From Octopus vulgaris (Eukaryota): DNA of 64,000 nucleotides. Shown one piece after another: positions 12,083 to 24,497 of the stretch. The translations under genes were made by a program, and so were the position numbers. Below the pieces are notes generated by a model that worked only from the letters and a program-made list of their open reading frames with translations, was not told the DNA's origin and ran no database searches. Location: the NCBI GenBank assembly GCA_951406725.2, contig OX597835.1, forward strand, positions 27,838,001 to 27,902,000. The letters are read 5' to 3'. Numbering within the stretch: the first letter of the stretch is position 1; every line of letters begins with the position of its first letter.

Positions 12083-12343
12083 ATTATTTCGTTTTGGGAT
12101 TTGGTTTGCAAGATTTTTATGTGAGTTCATGTGGTGAAGCATATTCTGTTGTGTCTGGGGAGTCATTTTCTTTTTGTGCCTTATTATTTAACACACTCAC
12201 CAGTAAAATTTCCACTTATTTCTTATTTATTTTTCTAAAATTTACATTGTGTCTTGCAACCTTTTCAATAGTTTTGACTCATTATTGGTGAGTGTGTTAA
12301 ATTATAGGGCACCAAAGGAGTATGACTCTCTCCAGACACAACA
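12083..12343. mobile_element. Same family, with an internally inverted segment
   Basis: 12287-12343 is a reverse complement of ~12147-12201. Degenerate motif at ~12235-12271 (-). Confidence 0.65.
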
Positions 12344-12416
12344 ATATATATATATATTAATATGTATGTATAAGTCTGTCTATTCGTCTCTTTCTCTCTC
12401 TCCACATATGTACCTA

Positions 12417-12452
<36 letters not shown>

Positions 12453-13685
12453 AATATATATATAGGTGATAAAATGTTAATGTAAGCATGGAACAGACAT
12501 TCACTTCTTTGTCAGGGTCAAGTAGTCCAGATGTAGAAAAGTTGGCTAGAACAGCAGAAATCAAGCTGTTTCAACTGTTTCAAATGATTGGTGAATGGCT
12601 GTTATCATATTGCACTTTACATAGGAGAAGTGTAATACTGATGGAATATTACCACACAAGACTTCTGAAGAAACTGTCAATTTTCTATGCAAAGATAAGC
12701 AGCTATCAAGATTCTTGCTAGTCAATACTATATTTGCTTATATGTTTATGAGCAATATTGCTTCAGTATTACACCTATCTACATAATATGCATTATTATA
12801 TCACCAATTCACTGGTCATTTGAAACAGCTGTAAAGATGTAAGTTTTCATATACTGTATATGTCAGTCTATATGACAAGCTTTTTTTTATTCTTAAAGGT
12901 AATAATGAATTGAAATGCATTTAATGTGACTGTATTATGGATTGGATACCAAATTTATGAGTGGATGATGAACAATATTAAATTTGATTTTTCCACAAAA
13001 TACTTTTTTTTTACTATAGATTCATGGGTGTTTGCCTTATGTGAGAGTGCACCTTATAAACCAGCAAATATAGAAAATATATTCTCCACACCTATGATTG
13101 CAAGTCCAGTGTCCTTCCTTTAAATATATATCATCATCATCATCATTTAACATCTGCTTTCCATGCTGGCATAGGTTGGACGGTTTGACTGAGGACTGTC
13201 AAGCCAGATGGCTGCACCAGGCTCCGATCTGATCTGGCAGAGTTTCTACAGCTGGATGCCCTTCCTAATGCCAACCACTCCGAGAGTGTAGTGGGTGCTT
13301 TTACGTGCCACCAGCACAAGGGCCAGTCAGGCGGTACGGGCAACAGCCACGCTCAAATTGTGTTTTTTACGTGCCACCTGCACAGGAACCAGTCCAGCGA
13401 TATATTTATACATATATATATATAAAAGTATATACATATTTGTGGGGTATCAAGGCAACCAATGCTTTCAGGTGAAGATATCTTGACAATTGTTCAATTG
13501 TACCACATGGAAGTGTTGGTGTTTGTGTCTGTTTTGGATGTGAATAGGAGAATGAGGAGAACAAAATGGAAGGCCTGATATTAGTGTATACATACATACA
13601 TACATACACATATATACATACATATATACACATAAACAAATATATATGCACACACATACACACATGAATACATGCATATATATAG

Positions 13686-13877
13686 ATGATAGATCGTTAG
13701 CTCCTACACGCATTTTTTTTCTCTCCTTGTTTTTTTCTGTGTATCTTTCTGTCGAAGAGCGTAGGCTTGAAACGTAAAAGACTTTTTCTATTTCTATTCC
13801 TGAGTGCCATACTAATACATTTGTTTGTTTGTACTCCACCTGCCTTCGTCTTTTGTTTATTTTCGTAAACTTTCCCG

Positions 13878-13878
<1 letters not shown>
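13686..13878 (+). mobile_element. Short (TA)n-flanked repeat with a minimal hammerhead-like motif (13744-13781), core variant CUGUCGA
   Basis: TCTTT-CTGTCGA-A-GAGC-GTAG-GCTT-GAAA-CGTA-AAAGA. Homologous copies at 19176-19361 (-) and 40450-40590 (+). Confidence 0.7.
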
Positions 13879-13923
<45 letters not shown>

Positions 13924-13980
13924 GCATACATATATACATAATTAGAAATATAAACACACACACACACACACACACATATA

Positions 13981-14280
13981 TCTTTATATATAAAAGTGAT
14001 GTTGTGTGTCTGTCTCCTACGATTTAGATTCCTAACTACTCCCACATTTTGCGGTGCAGTTTAACCAAAAGCGGGTATCTTATACTCGTGATTCATATCG
14101 AGCCCTTCTGGGTATTAGCACGCATCTACGATGAGTCTACGATTTAAAAAAAAATTTACCATCATTTCTTCCAATTTTTAATGCATTTTTTTTTGCTAGT
14201 ATATAAGGGAAGTAACTCTCTAAAAATGCCTATATAGTTATTTCCCTTACAAACCCGAGCAATGCCGGGCGATACTGCTA

Positions 14281-14281
<1 letters not shown>
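13981..14281 (+). mobile_element. Non-autonomous Helitron (301 bp)
   Basis: A|TC 5' end, 3' hairpin CCCGAGCAATGCCGGG (14254-14269), CTAG|T terminus, no TSD, inserted in a TA repeat. Confidence 0.85.
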
Positions 14282-14325
<44 letters not shown>

Positions 14326-15113
14326 AGAACATTCATCACAGTAAACTATAGCAATATAAATTAACACGTTCGAATCTACAGAAATGGAAATGTCCTTCAT
14401 GGAAACTCGATATATTCTTTCCTCTTGGCAACGCCAAAACACAGGAACAGCAAGCATTACAAGGAAGAGATCAGAACTGCAAACTCTCTTAATAACATAC
14501 AACATAAACCATTAAAAACCAAACACTTGTCAGGTTTAATAACAGCATCTTGTAGAAACCCATCATATTACTTTCCACTTCTGAGACTTCTTCACAAAAA
14601 CTGTTTCCATTACGCAACTGAATAACAAAAATGATTTAATGTGTTCCATTTACTTATGCTTAACAAAGCTCAAGTTTAGAAATAGTTATGTTGGCATTAA
14701 CATCATTAATGCAGTGAACCTAAAATAAAACAATACGCCAGATGTAATTCGGTTCTGCAATGCTTGTATGGGTCAGAGAGAATTCACCGAAGCAGATTTT
14801 GATACAGTGAGATGTCCAACCTGTTGCCACTCCTCACCTGTTTCCAAGCAAACTAATATTTCCCTAGGAATAAGGTGGTGAATGGTATGGATCATTAACA
14901 CGGCAGGCAAAATTCTTAGCAATATTTCGTTCAGCTTTACATTCTGAGTTCAAATTCCGCTGAGGTCAACTTTGCCTTTCATCCTTTTGAGATTGATAAA
15001 ATAAGACCCGGTTGAGCACTGGGGTTGATTTAACTGATCTACTCCTGCGAAATTGCTGAACTTGTGCCAAAACTTGAAAGCAATATTTCTCTATGACTGA
15101 ACATGTTCTAAAG

Positions 15114-15412
15114 CAGTGCTTCTTAAACTATGGATCGTGACCCCAAATGGGATTGCAAAGAGAAATGGTGGGGAGGGAGGGGAAACAATTAAATTCAAAC
15201 AGTTTTAATTTCAGTTTCACAAGCACACAAACCCTAAAACTACTTTTATTTTGACAAATAATATAATTGCCTTTTTTTGTATTATATTGTTCAGCAAAAA
15301 AAAAAAAAAATGATTTATGTATTTATTTGTGTTTTATTTCATATTTAATACCTGGGATCACGAAAAATCTCATGATGAAAAATGGGGTCATGAATGAAAA
15401 AGGTGTAAGAAG
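15114..15412. mobile_element. Probable hAT-type MITE
   Basis: Starts CAGTGCTTCTTAAAC; the right end ...GGTGTAAGAAG is cut by a SINE A insertion. Confidence 0.5.
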
Positions 15413-15768
15413 GCATAGGAGTGACTGTGTGGTAAGTAGCTTGCTTACCAACCACATGGTTCTGGGTTCAGTCCCACTGTGTGGCACCTTAGGCAAGTGT
15501 CTTCTTCTATAACCTCAGGCCTACCAAAGCCTTGTGAGTGGATTTGGTAGACGGAAACTGAAAGAAGCCCATCGTATATATGTATATATATATATATATG
15601 TACATGTATGTATATGTTTGTGTGTCTGTGTTTGTCCCCCCAACATCGCTTGACAACTGATGTTAGTGTGTTTACGTCCTCGTAACTTAGCGGTTCAGCA
15701 AAAGTGGATAGAATAAGTACTAGGCTTACAAAGCATAAGTCCTGGGGTCAATTTGCTCAACTAAAGGC
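15411..15768 (+). mobile_element. SINE family A
   Basis: Head, microsatellite and body; 3' end truncated by a family B element. Confidence 0.8.
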
Positions 15769-16455
15769 ATCATCATCATCATCATCATTTAAGAGTCTGT
15801 TTTCCATGCTAGCATAGGTTGGACAGCTGGACAGAAGCAGGCAAGGCCAGGGGCCCACATCGGGTCCCATAATCTGTTTTGGCTCAGTTTCCACATCTAG
15901 ATGCCCTTCCTAATGCCAACCACTCTATGATCAATATGATAAACTAAAAACCTCAACTATGGTGCCATTGCATTGCCTAAGTGCAATAACTGAACCAATA
16001 AAAAAAGAAGCAAAGTCTGCTCTGAACCGATCAGTCGGGTAATTCTATCGCATGAATAATTCAACTCTTTAATTCATAATATTCTCCTGCTACTATTTTA
16101 AAGTACATTGTAATTCCAATAAATTTATGACACTTGAGTTGTTTATAAATTAATAAATTAACAAAATAAATTACACTTTAACTGAAAATTAAATTAACAA
16201 CTTAGGTTGCGTCTTCTTAACACCTTAGTAAAAACAATTAATGCGTCTTGGCATACTTGCATATTCCGAACTAATTTAGCCAGCTATCGACTTTTTCTTA
16301 AGCTATAAAACACAGTAACAAGTGGAACAAAGTTTAGATGATTCGTGGACTCTGACAAAATATGGTACATGTTCCAGGAGATGACTTTGTTTTCCAGTAG
16401 CTAACGATTCTTCCAGCTCGCCACTTTAATATAATAATAATAATAATAATAATAA

Positions 16456-16456
<1 letters not shown>

Positions 16457-16486
<30 letters not shown>

Positions 16487-16647
16487 AAGAAGAAGAAGAA
16501 GAAGAAGAAGAAGAAGAAGAAGAAGAAGAAGAAGAAGAAGAAGAAGAAGAAGAAGAAGAAGAAGAAGAAGAAGAAGAAGAAGAAGAAGAAGAAGAAGAAG
16601 AAGAAGAAGAAGAAGAAGAAGAAGAAGAAGAAGAAGAAGAAGAAGAA
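16457..16647. repeat. Pure (GAA)~63 preceded by (TAA)n
   Basis: Read directly. Confidence 0.97.
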
Positions 16648-17704
16648 TCTTCACCATCGTTCTACATCCTTTGAGATTATCCAAGCAATTAAAAGAATAA
16701 AAGATCTCCACTAGCCTTTAGCGTGTCTAAGGTCAAAGAATAATAAGGGAAGTAACTCTAATAAGGTCAGATGATGTATCTCACATTTTCTTATAAAACT
16801 CTCAAGAGTGTTTTTTCTCCTTCTTCCGTCTTTATCCGCATAGTATCAATACCACGTCCAAACGCACACTAAAACACATTTATTGGTATGTTCATTAAGA
16901 TACATAGGAAAATTAGATCGACAACACTTGTAATAAATCTGAAACATGAAGCAATGTGCAACAGTTTTAATTAACTACTTGTTTACCAGCATTTTCGCTT
17001 TGTTTTTCTTTTTTCTTTTTTTTTTTCTCATTTGCTTCTTCTTCTTGTTCTTCTTGTTTGTGCAGATGCTCAAAGGTAGCATCAACAGCATAAAAGATTT
17101 TATTTTATTTCATTTCTTGTTAGGAAACGAAAAGACATATTCTACGATGTAATTTAAAAAGTAATTGCAGTGAAATGATAGATGAGATAAAGTATGTATT
17201 AAAATGTGTTTGGTGTACCAACTGAATAAAACAGAATGTATACTAAGAGAATATTGGAATTTTTCTTGATATTTTTGTAGCTTTGTTGTTGTTGTTCTTC
17301 TTCTTTTCTTTTCAATTCGTCACGTACAAAGCTGAATGGTACGACAAATATAAATAGTAAACTGGTAATAAATAGCAAAAATAGTGAAACTAGTCTAAAT
17401 GATGAAACTAGTATCCATGGTACAATCGGCATAAATTTTAAATGCCATAAAAGACTTAGAGAGGTGATGGTGGTGGCAAATTTTGCATCAAGCTATCACG
17501 AGGATGAGTGGCTGCCTACATGCGGAGTTGAGGCAGTGACAGCCGGTACTATTCAGGACCTGTCATTCTCATCTCTTTCCCATCACTGCAGAGTTTTTTC
17601 TTCCAGCCTGCATTTAGGAGTTTGAAAGTGAGAGTCAGACTTCACAATCAGATCCCATACTTTAGACTTGGAGGTCTTAACAAACAGACCAACGCATGTG
17701 TTTT

Positions 17705-17746
<42 letters not shown>

Positions 17747-17926
17747 GTTGACACCATGCAAAGACAAACGAAAGGAAAAAATAACGCTCTTGAGAATTAT
17801 ATAAGAAACTGTGAAAGAATCACAGTATTGTATACTCAAAGCTATGAGAGAATGCAGGATTAATTCAAAGCAACAACAATAAATAAGCATCAAATTTGAC
17901 AGAGAAACCTGAATGCTAAAAGGTTG

Positions 17927-18110
17927 AACGATGACGATGATGACGATGGTGATGATGATGATGATGACGACGACGACGACGACAATAATGATGACGACGA
18001 CGATGACGACGACGACGATGATGACAACGATGATGATGATGCCGACGACGACGATGATGATGATGACGATGACGATGATGACGATGATGACAATGGTGCT
18101 GATAATGATA
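17927..18110. repeat. (GAT/GAC)n compound microsatellite
   Basis: Read directly. Confidence 0.93.
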
Positions 18111-18217
18111 ACTGTTGGGGAGGGATTTCAGGAGTCAGTTAATGTCAACCATGTATCTCTACATGTTTCACATGTTTGTGTAGGCCTAGGCAACATTCTT
18201 TTTTTTTTTAAGAAAAC

Positions 18218-18952
18218 TAGGAGCAAGTGTGGTTGTATGGTAAAAAGCTTGCTTCCCAATCACATGGTTCTGGGTTCAGTCCTACTGTGTGGCACTTGGG
18301 CAGGTGTCTTCTACAATAGCCTTGGGATGACCAAAACTTTTATTAGTGGATTCAGTAGACAGGAACTGAAAGAAGCCCACTGTGTGTGTGTGTCTCTTGT
18401 GTTTGTCCCTCGCCATCACTTGACAACTAGTGTTGTGGTGTTTATGTTCCTGTAACTTAGTAGTTCAGCAAAAGAGGCCAATAGAATAAGTACCAGGCTT
18501 AAAAACAAAAACAAATAAATACTAAGGTCAATTCACTCAATTAGAAAAAAAGAGAATTCTCTAAACTTATAGGTACAAGCGTGGCTGTGTGGTAAGAAGC
18601 TTGCTTCCCAACCAATGGTTCCAAGTTCAGTCCCACTACTTGGCACCTTGGGCAAGTGTCTTCTACTATAGCCCTGGGCCAATGTGAGTGGATTTGGTGG
18701 GCAGAAACTGAAAGAAGCCCATCATATATATAAGTGTGTATATGTATGCATATATGTATATATACATATATGTATATATACATATATATATATTATGTGT
18801 ATGTGTGTGGCTTTGTGTCTGTTTGTCTCTCCACCACCACTTGACAACGAGTGGTGATGTGTTTATGTCTGTAACTTAGTGGCTCAGCAAAGGAGACTGA
18901 TAGAACAAGTGTCAGGCTTTAAAAAATAAGTACTGGGATTAATTCATTCAAC
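18218..18952 (+). mobile_element. Two adjacent older SINE family A copies (~18218-18540 and ~18570-18952)
   Basis: Diverged homologues in the same orientation. Confidence 0.75.
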
Positions 18953-19175
18953 TCAAAACTCTGAACAAAATGCCAGTCCATTGTGGAATTGCTGATTTAC
19001 AGTTAATTTGAACCGGGGCATTGTGAAATAAAGCCTTTTGTTTAAGAACATAATGAACTGCTGACTTAGGAACTGAATCCATGATCTTGAGATTGCAAGT
19101 GTAACACCCTAACCACCAGGCCAAATGCCTTCACGCACACACAAACATGTGTGTATGTATGTATGTATATATATA

Positions 19176-19361
19176 GGGAGAGCTTACGAAAAAAACAAAA
19201 GACGAAGACGGGTGGTGTACAAAACAAACAGATGTATTCGTATAATGCTCAGGAATAGAAAAAGTTTTTTACGTTTCGAGCCTATACTCTTCTACAGAAA
19301 GGGACACAGAAAAAACAAGGAAAGAAAAAAATGTGTGTAGTGGCTAATGATCTATCATGGC
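19176..19361 (-). mobile_element. Second copy of the CUGUNGA hammerhead-like repeat (motif ~19266-19301)
   Basis: Minus strand TTT-CTGTAGA-A-GAGT-ATAG-GCTC-GAAA-CGTA-AAA; embedded in TA/TATG repeats. Confidence 0.68.
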
Positions 19362-19381
19362 GATATATATATATATATATG

Positions 19382-19652
19382 TAGTGCCGCCTTGACTGGC
19401 TTCCATACCGGTGGAATGTGAAAAGCACCATCCGATCGCGGTCGATGCAAATCCCCTCTGGCCCCTGTGCCAGTGGTAACATATAAAAACACCCACTACA
19501 CTCATGGAGTGGTTGGCGTTAGGAAGGGCATCCAGCTGTAGAAACACTGCCAGATCAGACTGGAGCATGGTGCAGCCTCCTGGCTTCCCAGACCCCAGTC
19601 GAACCATCCAACCCATGCCAGCATGGAAAACGAACGTTAAATGATGATGATG
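19382..19652 (+). mobile_element. Family B: 5'-truncated RTE-LINE 3' UTR ending ACGTTAAA-(TGA)n
   Basis: Representative of ~20 copies, e.g. 2160-2520, 8375-8650, 11550-11750, 13130-13400, 39410-39670, 47310-47655, 52600-52880, 55560-56190, 60876-61045 and 63710-63890. All share the 3' end and have variable 5' ends. Confidence 0.8.
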
Positions 19653-20136
19653 ATATATATATATATATGTATATGCCTGTATGTTACATATGGTAATAAT
19701 GTATAAGTGATATAATTAGCATAAATGGCATAAGTAGTATAAATCAAGGAACTGTTATAAATGGTATGACAACTTTCCTTTGATGGTGTTACTAAAGAAA
19801 TTAATAAAAGAAAAGTCAAATAAAAAACCCAAAGAAGTATAAAAGTTGATTGATACATGATTGGCGACTGACCAGAAAATCAGAGCTGTAACGATGGTAG
19901 GATGAAGGTTTGATTGATGCTTTCTACTATTTTTAGTCCGCCATTTTCTTGTAATTCTGATGTTTACATTAGCTAATCTGAAGGAAGTATCATATATTAG
20001 TAATAGTGGTTGGTACTATAACACAGGCCATACAACAGCGCAGCATAATAACACTGTCACAACATAACACTATAGGAGAGTTACTACTCTGCATTACAAC
20101 GCAACCTATGAAACACATTCAGAATGCAGCTACTAT

Positions 20137-20550
20137 ATGACACTGGCTATACTACATGAAACTAGTTATACTACATGGGACTGGCTATACTACATGAGAC
20201 TGGCTATACTACATGAGACTAGCTATACTACATGAGACTAGCTATAATACATGAGACTGATATACTACGAGAGACTGGCTATAATACATGAGACTAGCTA
20301 TACTACATGAGACTAGCTATTCTATATGAGACGGGCTACAATACATGAGACTGGTTATACTACATGAGACCGGCTATAATAGATGAGACTAGCTATACTA
20401 CATGAGACTGGCTATAATAGATGAGACTAGCTATACTACATGAGACTAGCTATACTACATCAGTCTGGCTATACTACATGAGACCGGCTATACTGCATTA
20501 GTCTGGTTATACTACGAGACTAGATATACTACATGAGACTGGCTATACTG
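20137..20550. repeat. 19-bp minisatellite (ATGAGACTRGCTATACTAC), ~21-22 copies
   Basis: Read directly from the sequence. Confidence 0.95.
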
Positions 20551-20749
20551 TAACCACATAACACATCCAAAATATATTCACAACACGTTTGAAATACAAC
20601 CCTACCACACAACACATTTGAAATGCAACATAACAGACATAATACATCTGAAATAGAACACTACCACACAGGTCACACAAAACAATCACCACACAACACT
20701 ACAACACAGGCCACATAACACATTCAAAACAATATCAACAAACAACACT

Positions 20750-20891
20750 ATACATTATTTACATTCAACACATATTTGTCCTCATCTTGTTTGTTGTTAA
20801 CACAACATTTCGACTTATATACCCTCCAGCCTTCTTCAGGTGTCTTGGGGAAATTTCGAACCTGGGTTCTCATTCCTAAGGTATTTTTTGA

Positions 20892-20929
<38 letters not shown>

Positions 20930-20993
20930 TCACTGACTGGAATTGAACTTGGAATCTTGGGATTAGTAGCCCGTGCTCTTAACCATTACGCCA
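20750..20993 (-). mobile_element. tRNA-headed SINE with (AAT)n linker and a hammerhead motif (20799-20844) in its tail
   Basis: Minus strand has an A-box TGGCGTAATGG, a B-box-like GTTCAATTCC, (AAT)n, then GACAC-CTGAAGA-A-GGCT...AGTC-GAAA-TGTT-GTGTT. Confidence 0.75.
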
Positions 20994-21458
20994 TAATACT
21001 ATTATAACACAAGCAACACAACAACTCATTAAAAAAAAATGCAAAAACTGTCATTATGCTGCACACAGCCCACAAAACACAACCAAAACATAATCACCAC
21101 AACACTAAACTACAGCCCACACAACACTATGATAGTAGAAACTGCAAGTCTCTAGTAAAACAGTAACTGATGCAAACAATGACAACAAAACAAAACCCAA
21201 AATAACAAAAAAAATACCATTCATTGTAACAAACCAAGAAAATTTCCTATTGAAAAGTATTTTTTAACAAGATAAATGTTGCTGAACGCCGACCCCCAAC
21301 CCTTTTCTCCTCTCTTAAGCTGAAAATCTTTAGTTATTTTGTTAGACAAATAAACAAAGTCATAATAAATTTTTTCTATAATGTACAACTCAGTAGAGAT
21401 AAACTGAACATTTTTCTGTTTGTGTGTGTGTGTGTGTGTGAATTAAAGTGTTGTTTTT

Positions 21459-21645
21459 CTTTTACTTGTTGCAGTCATTAGACTGCAGCCATGGTGGGGT
21501 ACAGTCTTGAAGAATTCTAGTCGAGCAAATCAACTGCAGTGCTTGTTTAGTTTAAAGCCTGGTACTTATAATATCAGTCTCTTTTGCTGAACTGCTAAGC
21601 TACAGGGATGTAAACACACCAACACCAGTCATAAAGCAGTGGTGA

Positions 21646-21679
<34 letters not shown>

Positions 21680-21873
21680 GCACATATCCACACAAACACA
21701 TACATATATCCATTCAACTGGCTTCTTTCAGTTTCTGTCAATCAAATCCACTATCAAGACTTTGGTCAACCGAAGGCTATAGTGAAAGACACTTGCCCAA
21801 GGTGTCACACAGTGAGACTGAACCCAGAATCATGTGGCTGGGAAGCAAAACTTCTTACCACACAGGCACACCT
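21459..21873 (-). mobile_element. SINE family A (older)
   Basis: Homology over tail, body and head. Confidence 0.75.
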
Positions 21874-22216
21874 CCAGCAGACTTGGATGTGAATAAGCCT
21901 TCCATTGTTGGAACCCATTTTTGTAGAACGACTTCTACTTTTAGATAATGTGTTTCAATAAGACATGTGCTTCGGTGATATAGTGGACTCTGAGACACCA
22001 GTGTTTTGATGTATTTGTGCCATCTCAGTGAGAAGCACAGTTTGCATGCCTAATGCTAAGCAAGGACAATCATTCTTATTTATGGAATTCAGCAAAGAAA
22101 ATATTTGCTGATGTGTGCTCAAGCCTGCTATGCTGATATTAAAGTACATTATTCTGAGCATTCAAAGCAGAAACAAAACAGTGATATACATATTCATTCA
22201 TAGCATATTCTGGCAT

Positions 22217-22272
<56 letters not shown>

Positions 22273-22439
22273 AGGATTGCTTTTCTTTTCTTTAGATATG
22301 TTGTATTGATTTAATCTTTTCTGAACGACTCTTTGACAGTACATTTGGAATAATTTATCATCTATCTTTTCCCCGCTACTATTCCTGGAAAGGTCATGAG
22401 GGAGTCCTTGGGTATCTCTGCACTTCCTCTATAGGGTCC

Positions 22440-22812
22440 AATTAGAAGCAATTGTCATCACATTTTTCGGCTGGCTTATCAAACACAACCAACTAAGACC
22501 ATGGAGTTTTTTACCAACACTCTTATTCTTGGTCTACTCCTGGATGTCTTGCTGGTTGGCTCAGCTTAAAGAATCTGTCTCGCAGTTCTTTCCTGCACTA
22601 TTCTGATCCCATGTCTGTAAGTACCAGAATTAAGACCTCTCAATGCAGAGAAGTATCAGCTTGACCTGGAGAGACTCCCTGATTTCTGAGCTATACACAC
22701 TGTTAAATAACATTCCGAGATCCTCAGAGGAGCTCCATTTCGGTTGCTTGTATTCCCGATCATATACTTTCACTCATTACCCAACAGTCTTGGCCATAAG
22801 TAAGGATAGGCA
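22440..22812 (-). pseudogene. RTE-clade LINE ORF relic
   Basis: PILTYGQDCWVMSE...IQATEMELL / SSEIRESLQV...IERS, with stops and frameshifts. Confidence 0.72.
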
Positions 22813-23059
22813 TGATTTTTAATCAACCTCGCTGCTTCTGGGGAGAGATTGGTAACTGCTTAGCAGTCATAATATACCATATTTTAATGTGTATAAGGAA
22901 CCCTCGTATATAAGGAATCTCCTAATTTTGGGGGCTTAAAATTTGAAAAAAAGCTTTTGTAAGAGATTATAATAATATCCATGTATAAGAAACTCTCATA
23001 TTTTTTTAACCTAATTTTTGACAATAAAGGGTTCCTTATACACATTAGTAAGTGTGATT

Positions 23060-23902
23060 CCATCATCATCATCCTCACAATCATTTATTGTCTGCTTTCC
23101 ATGCTGGCATGGGTTGGACAGTTTGACTGGGGATTGATAAGCCAGTGGAGGCTACATCAGGTTCCAGTCTGGTCTGACAAGGTTCCTACAGTTGGATGCC
23201 CTTCCTAACACCAGTGACTCTGAGAATGTAGTGGGTGCTTTTTACCTACCACCGGCATGGGTGCCATTGACCTGACACTGGCGTCGGTAACAACTATGAT
23301 CTCACTTGCATTGACAGGTCAACACAAGCACAGTATATTGCCAAAGGTCTTGATCACTTTCACATGGCCCTACACTTGAATGGTGCTTTTTATGTGCCAC
23401 CAGTATGCGTGCCAGTCAGACGACACTGCCATCAGCCACAAATACAATTTCACTCAGTTCAACAGGTCTTCAGGTCTAATAGTGGATATTTTAAAGAGAA
23501 AGAGAGAAAGTGTGTGTGTATGCATGTGTGTGTATGTGTATTATATATGTGTGTCTGTGTGTGGATATATCAGCCTCGTCTGGCCTCCCTGCCAGTAGCA
23601 TGTAAAAAGCACCATCCGATCATGGCCGTTGCCAGCCTCGTCTGACCTCCGTGCCGGTGGCATGTAAAAAGCACCATCCGATCATGGCCGCTTGCCAGCC
23701 TCATCTGGCACCTGTGCAGGTGGCACGTAAAAAGCACCCACTACACTCACGGAGTGGTTGGCGTTAGGAAAGGGCATCCAGCTGTAGAAACACTGCCAGA
23801 TCAGACTGAGCCTGGCGCAGCCTTCCTGCTTCCCAGACCCCAGTTGAACCGTCCAACCCATGCTAGCATGGAAAACTGACGTTAAACGATGATGATGATG
23901 AT
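23060..23902. mobile_element. Two divergent family B elements (23060-23460 -, 23571-23902 +); the second has ~60-bp internal tandem units
   Basis: The unit AAAAAGCACCATCCGATCATGGCCG..GCCAGCCTC.. is repeated. The first copy includes RTE ORF-end sequence near 23310-23360. Confidence 0.78.
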
Positions 23903-23920
23903 ATGTATATATATATGTAT

Positions 23921-24315
23921 AGGCGCAGGAGTGGCTGTGTGGTAAGTAGCTTGTTTACCAACCACATGGTTCTAGGTTCGGTCCCACTGCGTGACACCTT
24001 GGGCAAGTGTCTTCTACTATAGCCTTGGGCCAACCAAAGCCTTGTGAGTGGATTTGGTGGATGGAAACTGAAAGAAGCCCATCGTATATATGTATATTTA
24101 TATATATATATGCGTGTGTGTTTGTGTGTCTGTGTTTGTCCCCCTAGCATTGCTTGACAACCGATGCTGGTGTGTTTATGTCCCGGTTACTTAGTGGTTC
24201 GGCCAAAGAGACCAATAGAATAAGTACTGGGCTTACAAAAGAATAAGTTCCAGGGTCGAGTTGCTCGATTAAAGGCGGTGCTCCAGCATGGCCACAGTCA
24301 AATGACTGAAACTAG

Positions 24316-24317
<2 letters not shown>
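23921..24317 (+). mobile_element. SINE family A
   Basis: Full-length, starts AGGCGCAGGAGTGGCTGTGTGG. Confidence 0.85.
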
Positions 24318-24363
<46 letters not shown>

Positions 24364-24448
24364 GTAAATGTTCTTATTTTCCTTTGGTTTCTGAATTACA
24401 ACTATTTAACGGTTTGAGTTTAGCTGCTCTTTCTATCAAGGCCATTCC

Positions 24449-24497
<49 letters not shown>

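Noticed and set aside
12488-12721. 77-aa ORF as a nested gene or transposase fragment
   Set aside because: Only a vague resemblance (AEIKL) to hAT-type proteins; no motif or splice support.
20137-20550. CRISPR-like regular repeat
   Set aside because: Head-to-tail 19-bp units with no unique spacers, in a eukaryotic intron; it is a minisatellite.
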